Source of the DNA: a virus
Virus record (IMG/VR): IMGVR_UViG_3300027804_000047
Location: 53,626 to 117,625 of that record
Length of the DNA stretch: 64,000 bases
Strand: one strand, 5' to 3'
A program made the translations under genes and the position numbers. The notes beneath the pieces are model-generated. The model searched no databases. It was not told where the DNA came from and saw only the letters and a list, made by a program, of their open reading frames with translations. Shown in pieces: positions 7,880 through 18,159 of this stretch. Position 1 is the first letter of the stretch. Each line of letters starts with the position of its first letter.

Positions 7880-10800
7880 TTGGCAGATGTAAATTCTAAT
7901 ATTAATATCAATTTTAATACTGCCGACGCTCTTGCACAATTACGTAGTTTACAGGCTGGCCTCAGTAAGTTTCATCAATCGCTTGCTGAGGGCAACCTTG
8001 CTGCAGCAAATGCACAAAAAGGATTAAATGCTCAACTAGCACAGGCTATTGGAGCAACAGGAAAGTTTGCTGTAAGTCAAGCAAAAGTCGCATCAAGTAC
8101 ACTTGCATTTACAACTGCTTTAGAAAAAAACAAATTATCTTTAAAAGAATATTATAGATACAGCATGGCTGCAGCAACAGCCAATACAAAAGTTTTAGGC
8201 AAAGCATTTGCACAAGAACGTGAAATTATTAATCGTGCTCGTAGAGATAGAGTAAAGGCTCTTCAGTCACAATATATTCAAATGTCTAAAGCCCAAGGTG
8301 GCTTTATTGATGCAATGCGTATTATGCCAAAAACATTAGTAATGACTAATGGAAGATTTACAGAACTTGGTACACGTATTCAGTATGCTGCACAAAGACA
8401 ACAATTTTTAAATCAATTATTAAAACAAGGCTCAACTCAACTTCTAAATTTTGGTAAGAACACCCAGTGGGCTGGTCGTCAGTTGATGGTAGGTTTAACA
8501 ATACCACTATCTATGCTTGGCGGATATGCATCTAAAGCATTTAGAGAATTAGAGCAAGCAACACTAAAGTTTAGGCGTGTTTATGGAGATGCATTTACCA
8601 ATGATGCTGAGGTAGAGTCTGCAGTTGCTAATATAAGAAGACTTGCAGAAGAGTTTACAAAATATGGAGTTGCAGTTAAAGATACTGTTGATATGGCAGC
8701 AACTGCTGCTGCAGCAGGTTTTCAAGGTAGAGCATTAGAAGAACAAGTAAAGACTGCTACCAAACTTGCAGTTTTGGGTCAAGTAGAACAACAGCAGGCT
8801 CTAGAAACTACAATATCATTACAAAATGCTTTTGGTCTTTCTACAGATCAACTAGCAGAAAAAATTAACTTCTTAAACGCAGTAGAAAACCAAACTGTTC
8901 TTTCGATTGAAGATTTAACAATTGCAATTCCAAAGGCTGCTCCAGTTGTAAAACAACTTGGCGGTAGTGTTGAGGATCTTGCATTTTTCCTTACTGCTAT
9001 GAAAGAAGGTGGCATCAATGCATCTGAAGGTGCCAACGCACTAAAGTCTGGTCTTGCTTCATTGATTAATCCAACAGAAAAAGCAACCAAATTTCTTGCT
9101 GAAATGGGGATTAATCTAAAGGGTATTGTTGAAGCAAATAAAGGCGATGTTAAAGCAACAGTAGTTGGTTTTGCAAGAGCACTAGACACACTAGCACCTC
9201 TAGAAAGAGCAAGAGCAATTGAACAACTATTTGGAAAATTCCAGTTTGCTCGTTTGTCAACCTTATTCCAAAATGTATCTAAAGATGGAACTCAGGCGTC
9301 TAGAGCATTAGATTTGGCAGGATCAGCAATAGAAGAGTTAGCCGTATTATCTGAACGAGAAATGAAAAAGGTAGAGGATTCAGTAGGAACTAAATTCCAG
9401 GCTGCTGTTGAGCAGTTTAAGCAAGATATCATGCCTTTAGGTAAGGCATTTCTTGAAGCAGTTACTCCTATTGTTAAGTTTTTTGGAGGACTTTTTGAAA
9501 AGTTCAACAACTTAAGCGATCAAACAAAAAAGGTAGTTGCTATTATCGTAGGTGTTGTTGCTGGTATTGGACCAGTACTACTTATGACATTTGGTTTATT
9601 GGCAAATGGATTAGCAAACTTAATTAAGTTATTTGCCACAATACGTGGTGGCATGGCAAAATTAAATGGCCAAACCAACGTTCTTGGTGCTGGTTTTGAT
9701 TATGTTACACAACAACAACTAGAACAGCAGGCTGCAAGTCAAGCCTTACATAATACTCACACCAGACTAGTAGAAGTTTTCAATGTTGAAAGAACAGCAG
9801 CAATGCAACTAGCATCAGCATATGGAATGCTTTCATCTCAAATGAAAAATATGGCTGCTCAAAATCCAGCATTATTTGCTGGTGGAATGCAGGGAGCAGC
9901 AGGATCAGTATCTAAACTACCTAAGGGTCCAATGAAATTTGCAGATGGAATTATAAGTGTGCCAGGTCCAAAAGGTGCTGGAGATGTTGTTCCAGCAATG
10001 GTTTCTCCAGGAGAAGCAATTATTCCAACTAAGACTTCCGAAAAGTATCGTGGATTAATTACAGCAATGTTCCAAGACAAGGTGCCAGGATTTGCTGGTG
10101 GAAGATTGCCTTGGGGAACATCTCATCCAGTAAGGCAGTCTGGCGCTGTAGATATCGGTATGCCTAAGAAAATAGCAGATGTAACACAGTCCAGAATGAT
10201 AGCAGATCAAATTGATAAAGCAGTAAAGTCTTCTAGATTTGCTGAAACAAAACCAACAAACTTTGGAACACTAATGCAACCATTCTCTGGACGAAGTTTC
10301 CCAATACGTGGAGTAGGCGGGGTATATAGAAAGCCAGATGGAAGTTTAGTAGTAGTAAAGCCTACAATGGATGAGAAGACTGCTTTAGCAGAAGTCCGTG
10401 CTACAGAGATAGCAAGAGAAGCACATGGTTTGATTGCTCCAAAGCAAACAATTAAGACAATGATAGATCCAACAGATCCTTCTGGACAAAGAAAACTAAT
10501 TGTTTTAGAGTCTCCATATGATCCAAGAATTGCTGCAGGTGCTGGTAAGTTTAATAAAAAGGATATGATTTCTCAATTAGTGGCATCACTATTGAGAGCA
10601 GACAAAGATTTATCACAGTCAAATGTTTCTGGTAAAGTTTTAGCAGACGTAGGAAATGCTGGGGTTTTTGATAGAGCATCTGGATTTAGAGATTTTGCAA
10701 AAGCATTGCCTTCAATGGAAGAGCAGGCCATGATTAATTTGCTTGGTATTAAGGGTGGTGCTAAAAAATTCTTTGCACAAGAAACATCTGGTTTAGCAGC

Positions 10801-13800
10801 AAACATGACCCCTAAACAATACCATGATGCAATTATTAAAGAGATTGATAAAGTACTTCCAAAATTAAAAGAAACTATCGGAAAGTTTGATCTAAACCCT
10901 GCAGAAAAACTTGTTTACAATGATATGATTAAAAGATTAGAGGCTGGAAAAGCAGTAGACTGGTCAAAGTTTCAAGGCATCCACGCTAATGCTGGGCAAT
11001 CAGTAAAGAAGTTGATAGAGGGACAGGGCGGAACCAATTATCAAGATGTTATTGAAAAGCAGGTAGGAAAATTTGCATTAGGAACATTTGATGAACTTAA
11101 AAATGATCCATCATCTAGGACACAAATAGATACATTAGTAAAAAGATTAGCCAAGGATGCTGTTGATGAAATTGAAGTTCTTAAAAATACTAATCCTAAA
11201 CAACATGAATTAGTTACATCATTACTAACTAAAAAAGGCATTACGCCATCAAATATGACGCAGCATCAATTATTAAAATATATTGAAGATGAAATGGTTT
11301 ATAAAGATGGACGCTATTACGATAAAAAGTCTATAGAGTCTGGTGCAAATGTTGCTTCTGCTGGGAAAACATACAGTGAAGTTAGAGATAAGTTATTATA
11401 TAGATTAGGTGCAGTTGAAAGAGGCGGAGCATTTTCAGACCAAAGAAAGATGAATGTTTCTAAGTTAAGATTTGATATGAGTCCAACAGGAAAACAAAGT
11501 GGTGGATGGAGACAGTCAATACCAAGAGACTCATTGCTATATAAAGTTTTAGACTCACAAGAAAAAGAATTTAAGGCAGCAAATGCTGCAACAGGTAAGT
11601 CTGATCCGCTAGGTGCTCTAAAGGAGTCAATGAAAGCACTTGGATATACAGACAAACAAATTGCTCAGGCACTAAGACCAGAACTTTCTCATATTGCAAA
11701 AACTGGTGAATCTGGCAGAGGAACAGAAAAATGGCTTAAGGGCCAAGCATTATTTGATTTAAGATTATTAAATAACTACATGAATACTGGCAAAAGAACT
11801 GGAAGTATTCTTGATTGGAATGAAAAGAGTGGAAACCCTCTTAGACTTACTCCAGATCAAATTAAAGAATTTAGAAATTCTGCAACATATATGTCTGGAC
11901 AAAATCATCCAACTACTGAGGCTCAAGTTAAACTAGTACGAGCAGCAACACAACTTGATATTATTGCAGAGGATTTCTTAAAGACTCAACCAAAGAAGCC
12001 AGCAGGTTTTCCAAGTTTAGGAGAAGTAAGACAATCAAGAGCAGTTGCTCAATTAATTGACAGCAGACTTGGCACTGAATATTATTCACAATGGAGACCA
12101 CAATTTAATCTAGGAAGTGGAGCAACAAAGGGAACAAATGTTTTAGTAAATCCAAACAAAGAATATATGGTTGATACTGTAACAGGAAAAATAACTAAAC
12201 TAACAACTGCAAATACTTCTTCTAAACCATCAGGCGCAGTTGCAGATACTGGAAAAGCAACAGATAGAAGAGTTGCAACTGAAACAGCAACCAGAAGAGT
12301 GGCCACAGCGCCTCAGGCAAGAGCATTTGGAAGACAGTTTGCTATGGTTGGCAGAGATCAGGGAGACCCTAACTTAAGCAAGGCAGCACGTGGCCGTATA
12401 ACTAAGGCCATACAAGATGAGCAAAGACTATTAAGATCAAAAAATAGATTTACAGAAAAAGAAATCAGAGACTCCTTAGAAAGACTAAGAAAGAGAAAAA
12501 CTGCAGAAGAACTTGCCGCAGCATCTGCTAGAAAGAAAGCAGAGTTAGAAAGACAAGAAATAAAAAATAGACAAACTGCACAGTTAACTGAAAAGGAAAG
12601 AGCAAAGCAAGATAAAAGAGACATAAAGGCTAGACGTCAAGAAAAGGTTGGTCGTTTTTCTGGTGGAGCCTCAATGGCATTGGGTACTGCTGGTATGGCA
12701 GCGATGATGGCTGGTAATACTGGTGCTGGTATGGGATTAATGGGTGCTTCTGCTGTTGCTGGTATGGCTCCAATGTTGGCAGGAATGGGGCCAGTGGGAT
12801 GGATAAGCACAGCAGCGATTGCTGTTGGAGGAAGTTTATTTGCTCTTAATAAGAGTTTTGAAAATTCTGCAAAGAAACAGGCGGAATACGTAGATTCTAT
12901 TTCTTCAACAACAGCAAAGATGGATCAAATAGGACAAATAACAAACAAGGTTGGCGCATCTCGTGCAATGGAAGAAGTAAGAAAGAAAGGCGTATTTGGT
13001 GCATACAATGATGTTGAACGTGCTGGAACTGGTTTTGGAGATACATTCTTAACATCTCAAGTTGGTAAGTCAATGGTAACTGGTTTTGTAGATCAAATGA
13101 AACAGTATGGGTCTAAGACTGCTGCTAAAGATTTTGCCTTGCAGTTATCTTCTTATGTTTCTGACGGAGTTTTAGATGCTTCTCAAGCAGCAAGTATTGC
13201 AGATCAAATTGGAATTCAATTAGGTAGTAGAAAATATACTGCTGAAATTATGGGAGATTTACGAGAAATAATTGGTCCAAATGGAGAAGATCTATCAACT
13301 GATCCACTACAAGTTAGACTTGAAATAATTAAGGCAGCAGGAGAAAGATCTAATACTCTTCTAAAGAGTCTAGGTGCTGCCGAATCTAAAGGGTTGACTG
13401 GAAAAACAGAATCCGCTCAACTAGCAGCATTCGGTATAAACAATGTTCAGATAGCAAAAGCACAGGTAGATGCTACAGAGTGGCAATATAAAAAGCAAAT
13501 TCAATTACTTCAAAAAGAATTAGAATCTACAACAAATGCAGAAAAGTTATTATCAATAAAAACAAAAATTGCTAATTTAGAAAGTAAGATGGCTTCAGAT
13601 GTTAAGTTAGCAAATAAAGAAATAGTAAAGCAAATTGATAAAGAAACCAAGATATTTGAAACAAGAATTAGACAAAGCCAAGTTGGAATTTTTTCTGGTG
13701 CCAAAGAAGATGCTTATTTTGATGCATTAAAATCTAAAGTAAAAGATGCATTTAAGGGTACAGAGTTTGAAACAATGGCATCTGATACTTTATCTAGATT

Positions 13801-16800
13801 AGCAAAATTAAGCGACCTAACTGTAAACCCATTTGATGGTGGAAAAACAAAGGGTGGTTTTGAAAATGCACAAAAGGCTCAAAGTTTTGAAGTACAGATG
13901 CAAATGCTTCTAGGTAATAAAATTATAAATCCAGAACAAATGAATACTTTTATGGCTATGTTTGAAGGCAGGTTGCCAGAATTAGGAACAACATTAAAGG
14001 TAGGAATTGAAAAACAAGGTGCAGATGCCACTATAGAAATGTTAGAATATTTTTCAGGCTTTGAAAATCAAGGAAAAGCCGTAGAGATTTCTACAAAGTT
14101 AATAAATGGTGATCCTAAAACCTTTAAAGAAGTTGGCGAAGCGATGGCTCAACTACGTGTGCTTGATGGTCACGAAGTTAATATGGAAGCATACATTACT
14201 ACAGTTGGATATGATGGATTAGTTAAACTATCTAAAGATTTAGCAAAAATTGAAGCAATGCCAGACAAGTTAGATAAGCAATTAATTCTTGATTACTTTA
14301 CAACTGGAAATGGCGCTGGAATGAAGGGAATGACACAAGATAACCTAAAGGTGTTATTTGCTCAGTGGGCTGATTTTGATAAGTTACCAGATAAGGCTCA
14401 AAAAGAAGCGATTTCAAAGTTTACAACAATATATCAGACTATCTTTGCAGATGAAGCATCAAGAAAGAAATATGCAGAAGAACAAGCGGATGCTGCTGCA
14501 AGGGAGTCTGGCTTTAGGGGTAGAACTGCTGCAGCATATAAGAAGAAAAGATATGACGAGATTATGGCAGGAACTCTTTCCGAGGCTCAGGCAAGAGAGG
14601 CTGCTCGTGCAACAAAAACGTATATTGGTGAAAATGGAGAATTGATTACTAAGCCAGGAGGGGCAGTTGGAGATACCCCAGGTGCTGGTACTAAAGAAGA
14701 TCCATACGAAGAGTTATTGAGAAGATTAAAGAATGTTCGTAATGCAGCGATTAATGCTGCTGGTGGAATAAAGGAATTAAATAAAGCGCTTTCGGATAAA
14801 GGATTAAAATCTGTTAAAGATAAATATCAGGGTATTGAGCAACAGTTAAATAAAATGGGATATAGTAGACAATACGCTGATTATCTAATGGGCCTATCTC
14901 AAAAAGATCAAGATAAATTGTTTAAAGTTACTTCTGAAAAAATTACAAAGGGTAAAAATAAAGGAAGATTTAAAGATCCATTTACTGGAAAGGCAATGCC
15001 AAAGGGTACAAAAGCAGGGGACCTTGTGCTTTCTGCAGAGGGTAAGTTAAGAGCACAAGCATTTGATGCAGCAATTATAGGAGAGTTTAATACTGCTGCA
15101 GGTAAAACATTAACAATTTTTAATGAACAAGAAACAGTTAGAAGAAAGTTAGCAGCATTAGGATATGATCAAACTGCTATTGAAAGAATTCTTTCAGACG
15201 AATATACAACCCAACTCATATATAATGGAAAGATTACAGATCAAGATCTAAAAACAAATGCTGCGCTCAACAATCAAGTTGTACTTAGAGAAAAAATAAA
15301 CAATTTAATTTCTAGAGGATTAAAGGCTCAACAAGAAGCAGCAAACGTTAAGCAGATTCCTAAGGTATTAGAGTTTTTCCAAAAGATGTCTAAGGAAGGA
15401 TTATCATTATCTTCTGGGGCAATGTTAGACATGATTGGAGATCCAGAATCTCTTGAGGCAGCAATTGCTGCTATGAATGATTATGAATCAAATGCGGAAG
15501 GCGCCAGAGATAGACTAAAAGAAATAGTAGACGGTTTAAACGCAATAAAGGCTAACTCAAATATTAAATTAATCATGGATTTTGTTTCAAAGAATCCAGC
15601 AGAAAAAGCACAGGCTGGATTTGAAGCAGCAAAAAGAGTTATGGAAGTTAGACGCAATATATATTCTAATATGACTGTAGGGGAACTTCCAGGTATCAGA
15701 ACAGCAGACAGAAAAGCAAAAGATGGAACATTAATTTCTGGAAAGAATATTGGAAGTCAGGCTATTGCAAATGTTGCAGCAAGATACCAGGCTGCTGGGG
15801 TTGCAATTCCAACTATTACTCCAGGTGCAACATTAAAGGGTATCCAGACAAAGAGAGCAGACTTGGCTAAAACTATGCAAATAGGACAGCAAGCCCTGTC
15901 TTCACTGCAGGCATCATATAATGCAAAGCAGGATGCTTTAAATAATGCTCAGGATAATTTAGAAAAAGCCTTAGACGCTGCCAATGATAAGTATGATAAT
16001 TTAATAGATGCTCAAGAAAATATTATTAAGGGATTAGAAGAAAAGATTAAGATAGATTATGAAGATAAAATTACTGCTCTTAATAAAGAATCTGATAAAT
16101 TAAACAATGACTTAGCAATAATGGACCATGCTGCAGATAAAATAAATGAAAAGTATGACAAGCAAGTAGAAGCATTACAGAAGATTTCAGATATTAATCA
16201 ACAAATTGCAGAGTCTCAGTCTCAACAATTAGATTTAGCGGATGCATTATCACAAGGTGATATAGCAGCAGCAGCACGAGCAGCACAAGAGATGAGGGCC
16301 TCTAGTTCCGCAAATGCTTTAGATGCCTCTATGCAGAGTATAGAGAAAGCAAGAAAAACTGAAATCGATGCACTCCGTGGTTCAGAAACTGGAATGACAA
16401 GACAGCAAATTGCTGAAAGACAATTCCAGATATCACAACAAATATATAAACTAGAAACTGATCCTAAGAGACTTGAGTTAGAAAAACAAATTGAGGCTGC
16501 AAAAACTGAAATTACTAGACTAGAAAAAGAACGAGAAGTAGCAATTAAAAATATTAATGCTGAACATGATGCAATGATTGCTAAACTTAAGAGTGAATTG
16601 GAAAATATTAATCAACAAGTTACAGCGCAGCAAAATATATTAACTTCGTTAGAAAAACAAGATGCTGAGTTAGCATCACAAGAAACATACATGCAGTCGA
16701 TAGTTGATGAAGCAGTCGCTTTAGATGATAGCACTGGAATGACTTTAGAAAAGTGGGAAGAAACTGTAGACAAGTTAATCGATATCGAGCAGTTGGCAGA

Positions 16801-17503
16801 AGATTATGCAATTTCTCTTGCAGCAGCAGAGGCTTCAGCAGCAGCAACAGATGCATCGTGGCAAGGCATTTTAGATAAAATTAATTCAATTCCTAAAGAA
16901 GTCACAACTAACCAAATAATAAATGAAATAAGAAATATTACTGAAAATATTACTAGATATATAACTACAATAGATCTTGGTGGTGGTGGCAACGGCAATG
17001 GCAACGGAAACGGCAATGGAAACGGCAACGGCAATGGCAATGGAAACGGCAATGGAAACGGCAACGGCAATGGCAATGGAAACGGCAATGGAAACGGCAA
17101 CGGAAACGGCAACGGCAACGGAAACGGCAACGGTAGTGGTAACAACGGAGACTCTGGCTACTATGGTTGGGATTGGGGAAATACTGGAGAGTTGTTTGCA
17201 TTTTCTAAAGGTGGCTTAGTACCAACAAAGTATTTTTCAAGTGGTGGTTTTTCTATAGGAACAGATACAGTACCAGCAATGCTTACTCCAGGAGAATTTG
17301 TAATGAGTAGATATGCAGTAGATTCTCATGGATTAGATACAATGAAGTCTATTAATAATGGAGATTCAGTTGGTGATTCAGTGTATAATTATAGTATTAA
17401 CGTTAATGTTAAATCTGATGCAAATCCTGATGAAATTGCACGGGCTGTAATGACTCAGATTAAACAGGTAGATTCAAAGAAACTTAGAGGAGCAAGAATA
17501 TAA
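7880..17503 (+). CDS. Tape measure protein (3207 aa) with TP901-type domain and inserted kinase-like domain
   Basis: TTG start after GAGGTG; TP901-like motifs (LTAMKEGGINASEGANALKS, LFGKFQ); long Ala-rich helical and coiled-coil regions; GTDTVPAMLTPGEFV near the C-terminus. Confidence 0.92.
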   Translation: MADVNSNININFNTADALAQLRSLQAGLSKFHQSLAEGNLAAANAQKGLNAQLAQAIGATGKFAVSQAKVASSTLAFTTALEKNKLSLKEYYRYSMAAATANTKVLGKAFAQEREIINRARRDRVKALQSQYIQMSKAQGGFIDAMRIMPKTLVMTNGRFTELGTRIQYAAQRQQFLNQLLKQGSTQLLNFGKNTQWAGRQLMVGLTIPLSMLGGYASKAFRELEQATLKFRRVYGDAFTNDAEVESAVANIRRLAEEFTKYGVAVKDTVDMAATAAAAGFQGRALEEQVKTATKLAVLGQVEQQQALETTISLQNAFGLSTDQLAEKINFLNAVENQTVLSIEDLTIAIPKAAPVVKQLGGSVEDLAFFLTAMKEGGINASEGANALKSGLASLINPTEKATKFLAEMGINLKGIVEANKGDVKATVVGFARALDTLAPLERARAIEQLFGKFQFARLSTLFQNVSKDGTQASRALDLAGSAIEELAVLSEREMKKVEDSVGTKFQAAVEQFKQDIMPLGKAFLEAVTPIVKFFGGLFEKFNNLSDQTKKVVAIIVGVVAGIGPVLLMTFGLLANGLANLIKLFATIRGGMAKLNGQTNVLGAGFDYVTQQQLEQQAASQALHNTHTRLVEVFNVERTAAMQLASAYGMLSSQMKNMAAQNPALFAGGMQGAAGSVSKLPKGPMKFADGIISVPGPKGAGDVVPAMVSPGEAIIPTKTSEKYRGLITAMFQDKVPGFAGGRLPWGTSHPVRQSGAVDIGMPKKIADVTQSRMIADQIDKAVKSSRFAETKPTNFGTLMQPFSGRSFPIRGVGGVYRKPDGSLVVVKPTMDEKTALAEVRATEIAREAHGLIAPKQTIKTMIDPTDPSGQRKLIVLESPYDPRIAAGAGKFNKKDMISQLVASLLRADKDLSQSNVSGKVLADVGNAGVFDRASGFRDFAKALPSMEEQAMINLLGIKGGAKKFFAQETSGLAANMTPKQYHDAIIKEIDKVLPKLKETIGKFDLNPAEKLVYNDMIKRLEAGKAVDWSKFQGIHANAGQSVKKLIEGQGGTNYQDVIEKQVGKFALGTFDELKNDPSSRTQIDTLVKRLAKDAVDEIEVLKNTNPKQHELVTSLLTKKGITPSNMTQHQLLKYIEDEMVYKDGRYYDKKSIESGANVASAGKTYSEVRDKLLYRLGAVERGGAFSDQRKMNVSKLRFDMSPTGKQSGGWRQSIPRDSLLYKVLDSQEKEFKAANAATGKSDPLGALKESMKALGYTDKQIAQALRPELSHIAKTGESGRGTEKWLKGQALFDLRLLNNYMNTGKRTGSILDWNEKSGNPLRLTPDQIKEFRNSATYMSGQNHPTTEAQVKLVRAATQLDIIAEDFLKTQPKKPAGFPSLGEVRQSRAVAQLIDSRLGTEYYSQWRPQFNLGSGATKGTNVLVNPNKEYMVDTVTGKITKLTTANTSSKPSGAVADTGKATDRRVATETATRRVATAPQARAFGRQFAMVGRDQGDPNLSKAARGRITKAIQDEQRLLRSKNRFTEKEIRDSLERLRKRKTAEELAAASARKKAELERQEIKNRQTAQLTEKERAKQDKRDIKARRQEKVGRFSGGASMALGTAGMAAMMAGNTGAGMGLMGASAVAGMAPMLAGMGPVGWISTAAIAVGGSLFALNKSFENSAKKQAEYVDSISSTTAKMDQIGQITNKVGASRAMEEVRKKGVFGAYNDVERAGTGFGDTFLTSQVGKSMVTGFVDQMKQYGSKTAAKDFALQLSSYVSDGVLDASQAASIADQIGIQLGSRKYTAEIMGDLREIIGPNGEDLSTDPLQVRLEIIKAAGERSNTLLKSLGAAESKGLTGKTESAQLAAFGINNVQIAKAQVDATEWQYKKQIQLLQKELESTTNAEKLLSIKTKIANLESKMASDVKLANKEIVKQIDKETKIFETRIRQSQVGIFSGAKEDAYFDALKSKVKDAFKGTEFETMASDTLSRLAKLSDLTVNPFDGGKTKGGFENAQKAQSFEVQMQMLLGNKIINPEQMNTFMAMFEGRLPELGTTLKVGIEKQGADATIEMLEYFSGFENQGKAVEISTKLINGDPKTFKEVGEAMAQLRVLDGHEVNMEAYITTVGYDGLVKLSKDLAKIEAMPDKLDKQLILDYFTTGNGAGMKGMTQDNLKVLFAQWADFDKLPDKAQKEAISKFTTIYQTIFADEASRKKYAEEQADAAARESGFRGRTAAAYKKKRYDEIMAGTLSEAQAREAARATKTYIGENGELITKPGGAVGDTPGAGTKEDPYEELLRRLKNVRNAAINAAGGIKELNKALSDKGLKSVKDKYQGIEQQLNKMGYSRQYADYLMGLSQKDQDKLFKVTSEKITKGKNKGRFKDPFTGKAMPKGTKAGDLVLSAEGKLRAQAFDAAIIGEFNTAAGKTLTIFNEQETVRRKLAALGYDQTAIERILSDEYTTQLIYNGKITDQDLKTNAALNNQVVLREKINNLISRGLKAQQEAANVKQIPKVLEFFQKMSKEGLSLSSGAMLDMIGDPESLEAAIAAMNDYESNAEGARDRLKEIVDGLNAIKANSNIKLIMDFVSKNPAEKAQAGFEAAKRVMEVRRNIYSNMTVGELPGIRTADRKAKDGTLISGKNIGSQAIANVAARYQAAGVAIPTITPGATLKGIQTKRADLAKTMQIGQQALSSLQASYNAKQDALNNAQDNLEKALDAANDKYDNLIDAQENIIKGLEEKIKIDYEDKITALNKESDKLNNDLAIMDHAADKINEKYDKQVEALQKISDINQQIAESQSQQLDLADALSQGDIAAAARAAQEMRASSSANALDASMQSIEKARKTEIDALRGSETGMTRQQIAERQFQISQQIYKLETDPKRLELEKQIEAAKTEITRLEKEREVAIKNINAEHDAMIAKLKSELENINQQVTAQQNILTSLEKQDAELASQETYMQSIVDEAVALDDSTGMTLEKWEETVDKLIDIEQLAEDYAISLAAAEASAAATDASWQGILDKINSIPKEVTTNQIINEIRNITENITRYITTIDLGGGGNGNGNGNGNGNGNGNGNGNGNGNGNGNGNGNGNGNGNGNGNGNGNGNGSGNNGDSGYYGWDWGNTGELFAFSKGGLVPTKYFSSGGFSIGTDTVPAMLTPGEFVMSRYAVDSHGLDTMKSINNGDSVGDSVYNYSINVNVKSDANPDEIARAVMTQIKQVDSKKLRGARI
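16988..17131 (+). repeat. (GGMAAY)24 hexamer tandem repeat encoding (Gly-Asn)24
   Basis: 144 nt of ggc/gga-aac/aat units counted directly. Confidence 0.95.
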
Positions 17504-18159
17504 TGTCAACAGCACCATATATGGCAGGTAGAAAAAAATATCAACGCCCTCAAGCAATGCTATGGTCAGAAAATTCTGGAACGTTAGTGTCAGGATCATA
17601 CGTCCCTAATGGATTAGAAATAGGGCAAGATCCAGGATCAGAAACGGATGAGTCAAAATATAATCAATTTTTAATATTATCTGATGATAACAGGTCCCCT
17701 TTAAATTTTACAAATGCAAGAATTGAAACAAGAGAAAGAATGATTAATGGAAGAATGAGGTCTTATCATATTGCTGATAAATTAGTATTATCAACCTCAT
17801 GGGACATGTTGCCATCAAGATCGTATTTTACTGTACCAGAATTTAATCCAACAACTGGAATATCACCGAATAATGGTTTTGGAAGTCCTGTCGGTGCAGA
17901 TTTACAGTACACAACTGACGGCGGTGCTGGAGGAGTAGAGGTATTAGATTGGTATGAAAATCATCAAGGTCCGTTTTGGGTTTATTTAGCATATGACAAA
18001 TATTCTAATTTTGGAAAAGAGTCAGACGCATATGCACACTTACCACAATATAATCAATTAATTCAAATGTATTTTTCTGATTTTAATTATAGTGTTGTTA
18101 AACGTGGCGGTAGCAATTTTGATTTTTGGAATATATCTGTAACACTGGAAGAGGTATAA
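17503..18159 (+). CDS. Distal tail (Dit-like) / minor tail protein
   Basis: Directly after tape measure; RMING.MR and C-terminal ISVTLEEV pattern. Confidence 0.65.
   Translation: MSTAPYMAGRKKYQRPQAMLWSENSGTLVSGSYVPNGLEIGQDPGSETDESKYNQFLILSDDNRSPLNFTNARIETRERMINGRMRSYHIADKLVLSTSWDMLPSRSYFTVPEFNPTTGISPNNGFGSPVGADLQYTTDGGAGGVEVLDWYENHQGPFWVYLAYDKYSNFGKESDAYAHLPQYNQLIQMYFSDFNYSVVKRGGSNFDFWNISVTLEEV

Noticed and set aside
6799-7880. Programmed -1 frameshift in tail chaperone genes
   Set aside because: The long gene is a continuous ORF and the short gene ends 23 nt before the TMP, leaving no T frame to shift into
16804-17219. ORFs encoding LPFP, CRFH and METAT repeats
   Set aside because: Alternative-frame readings of the GN hexamer repeat
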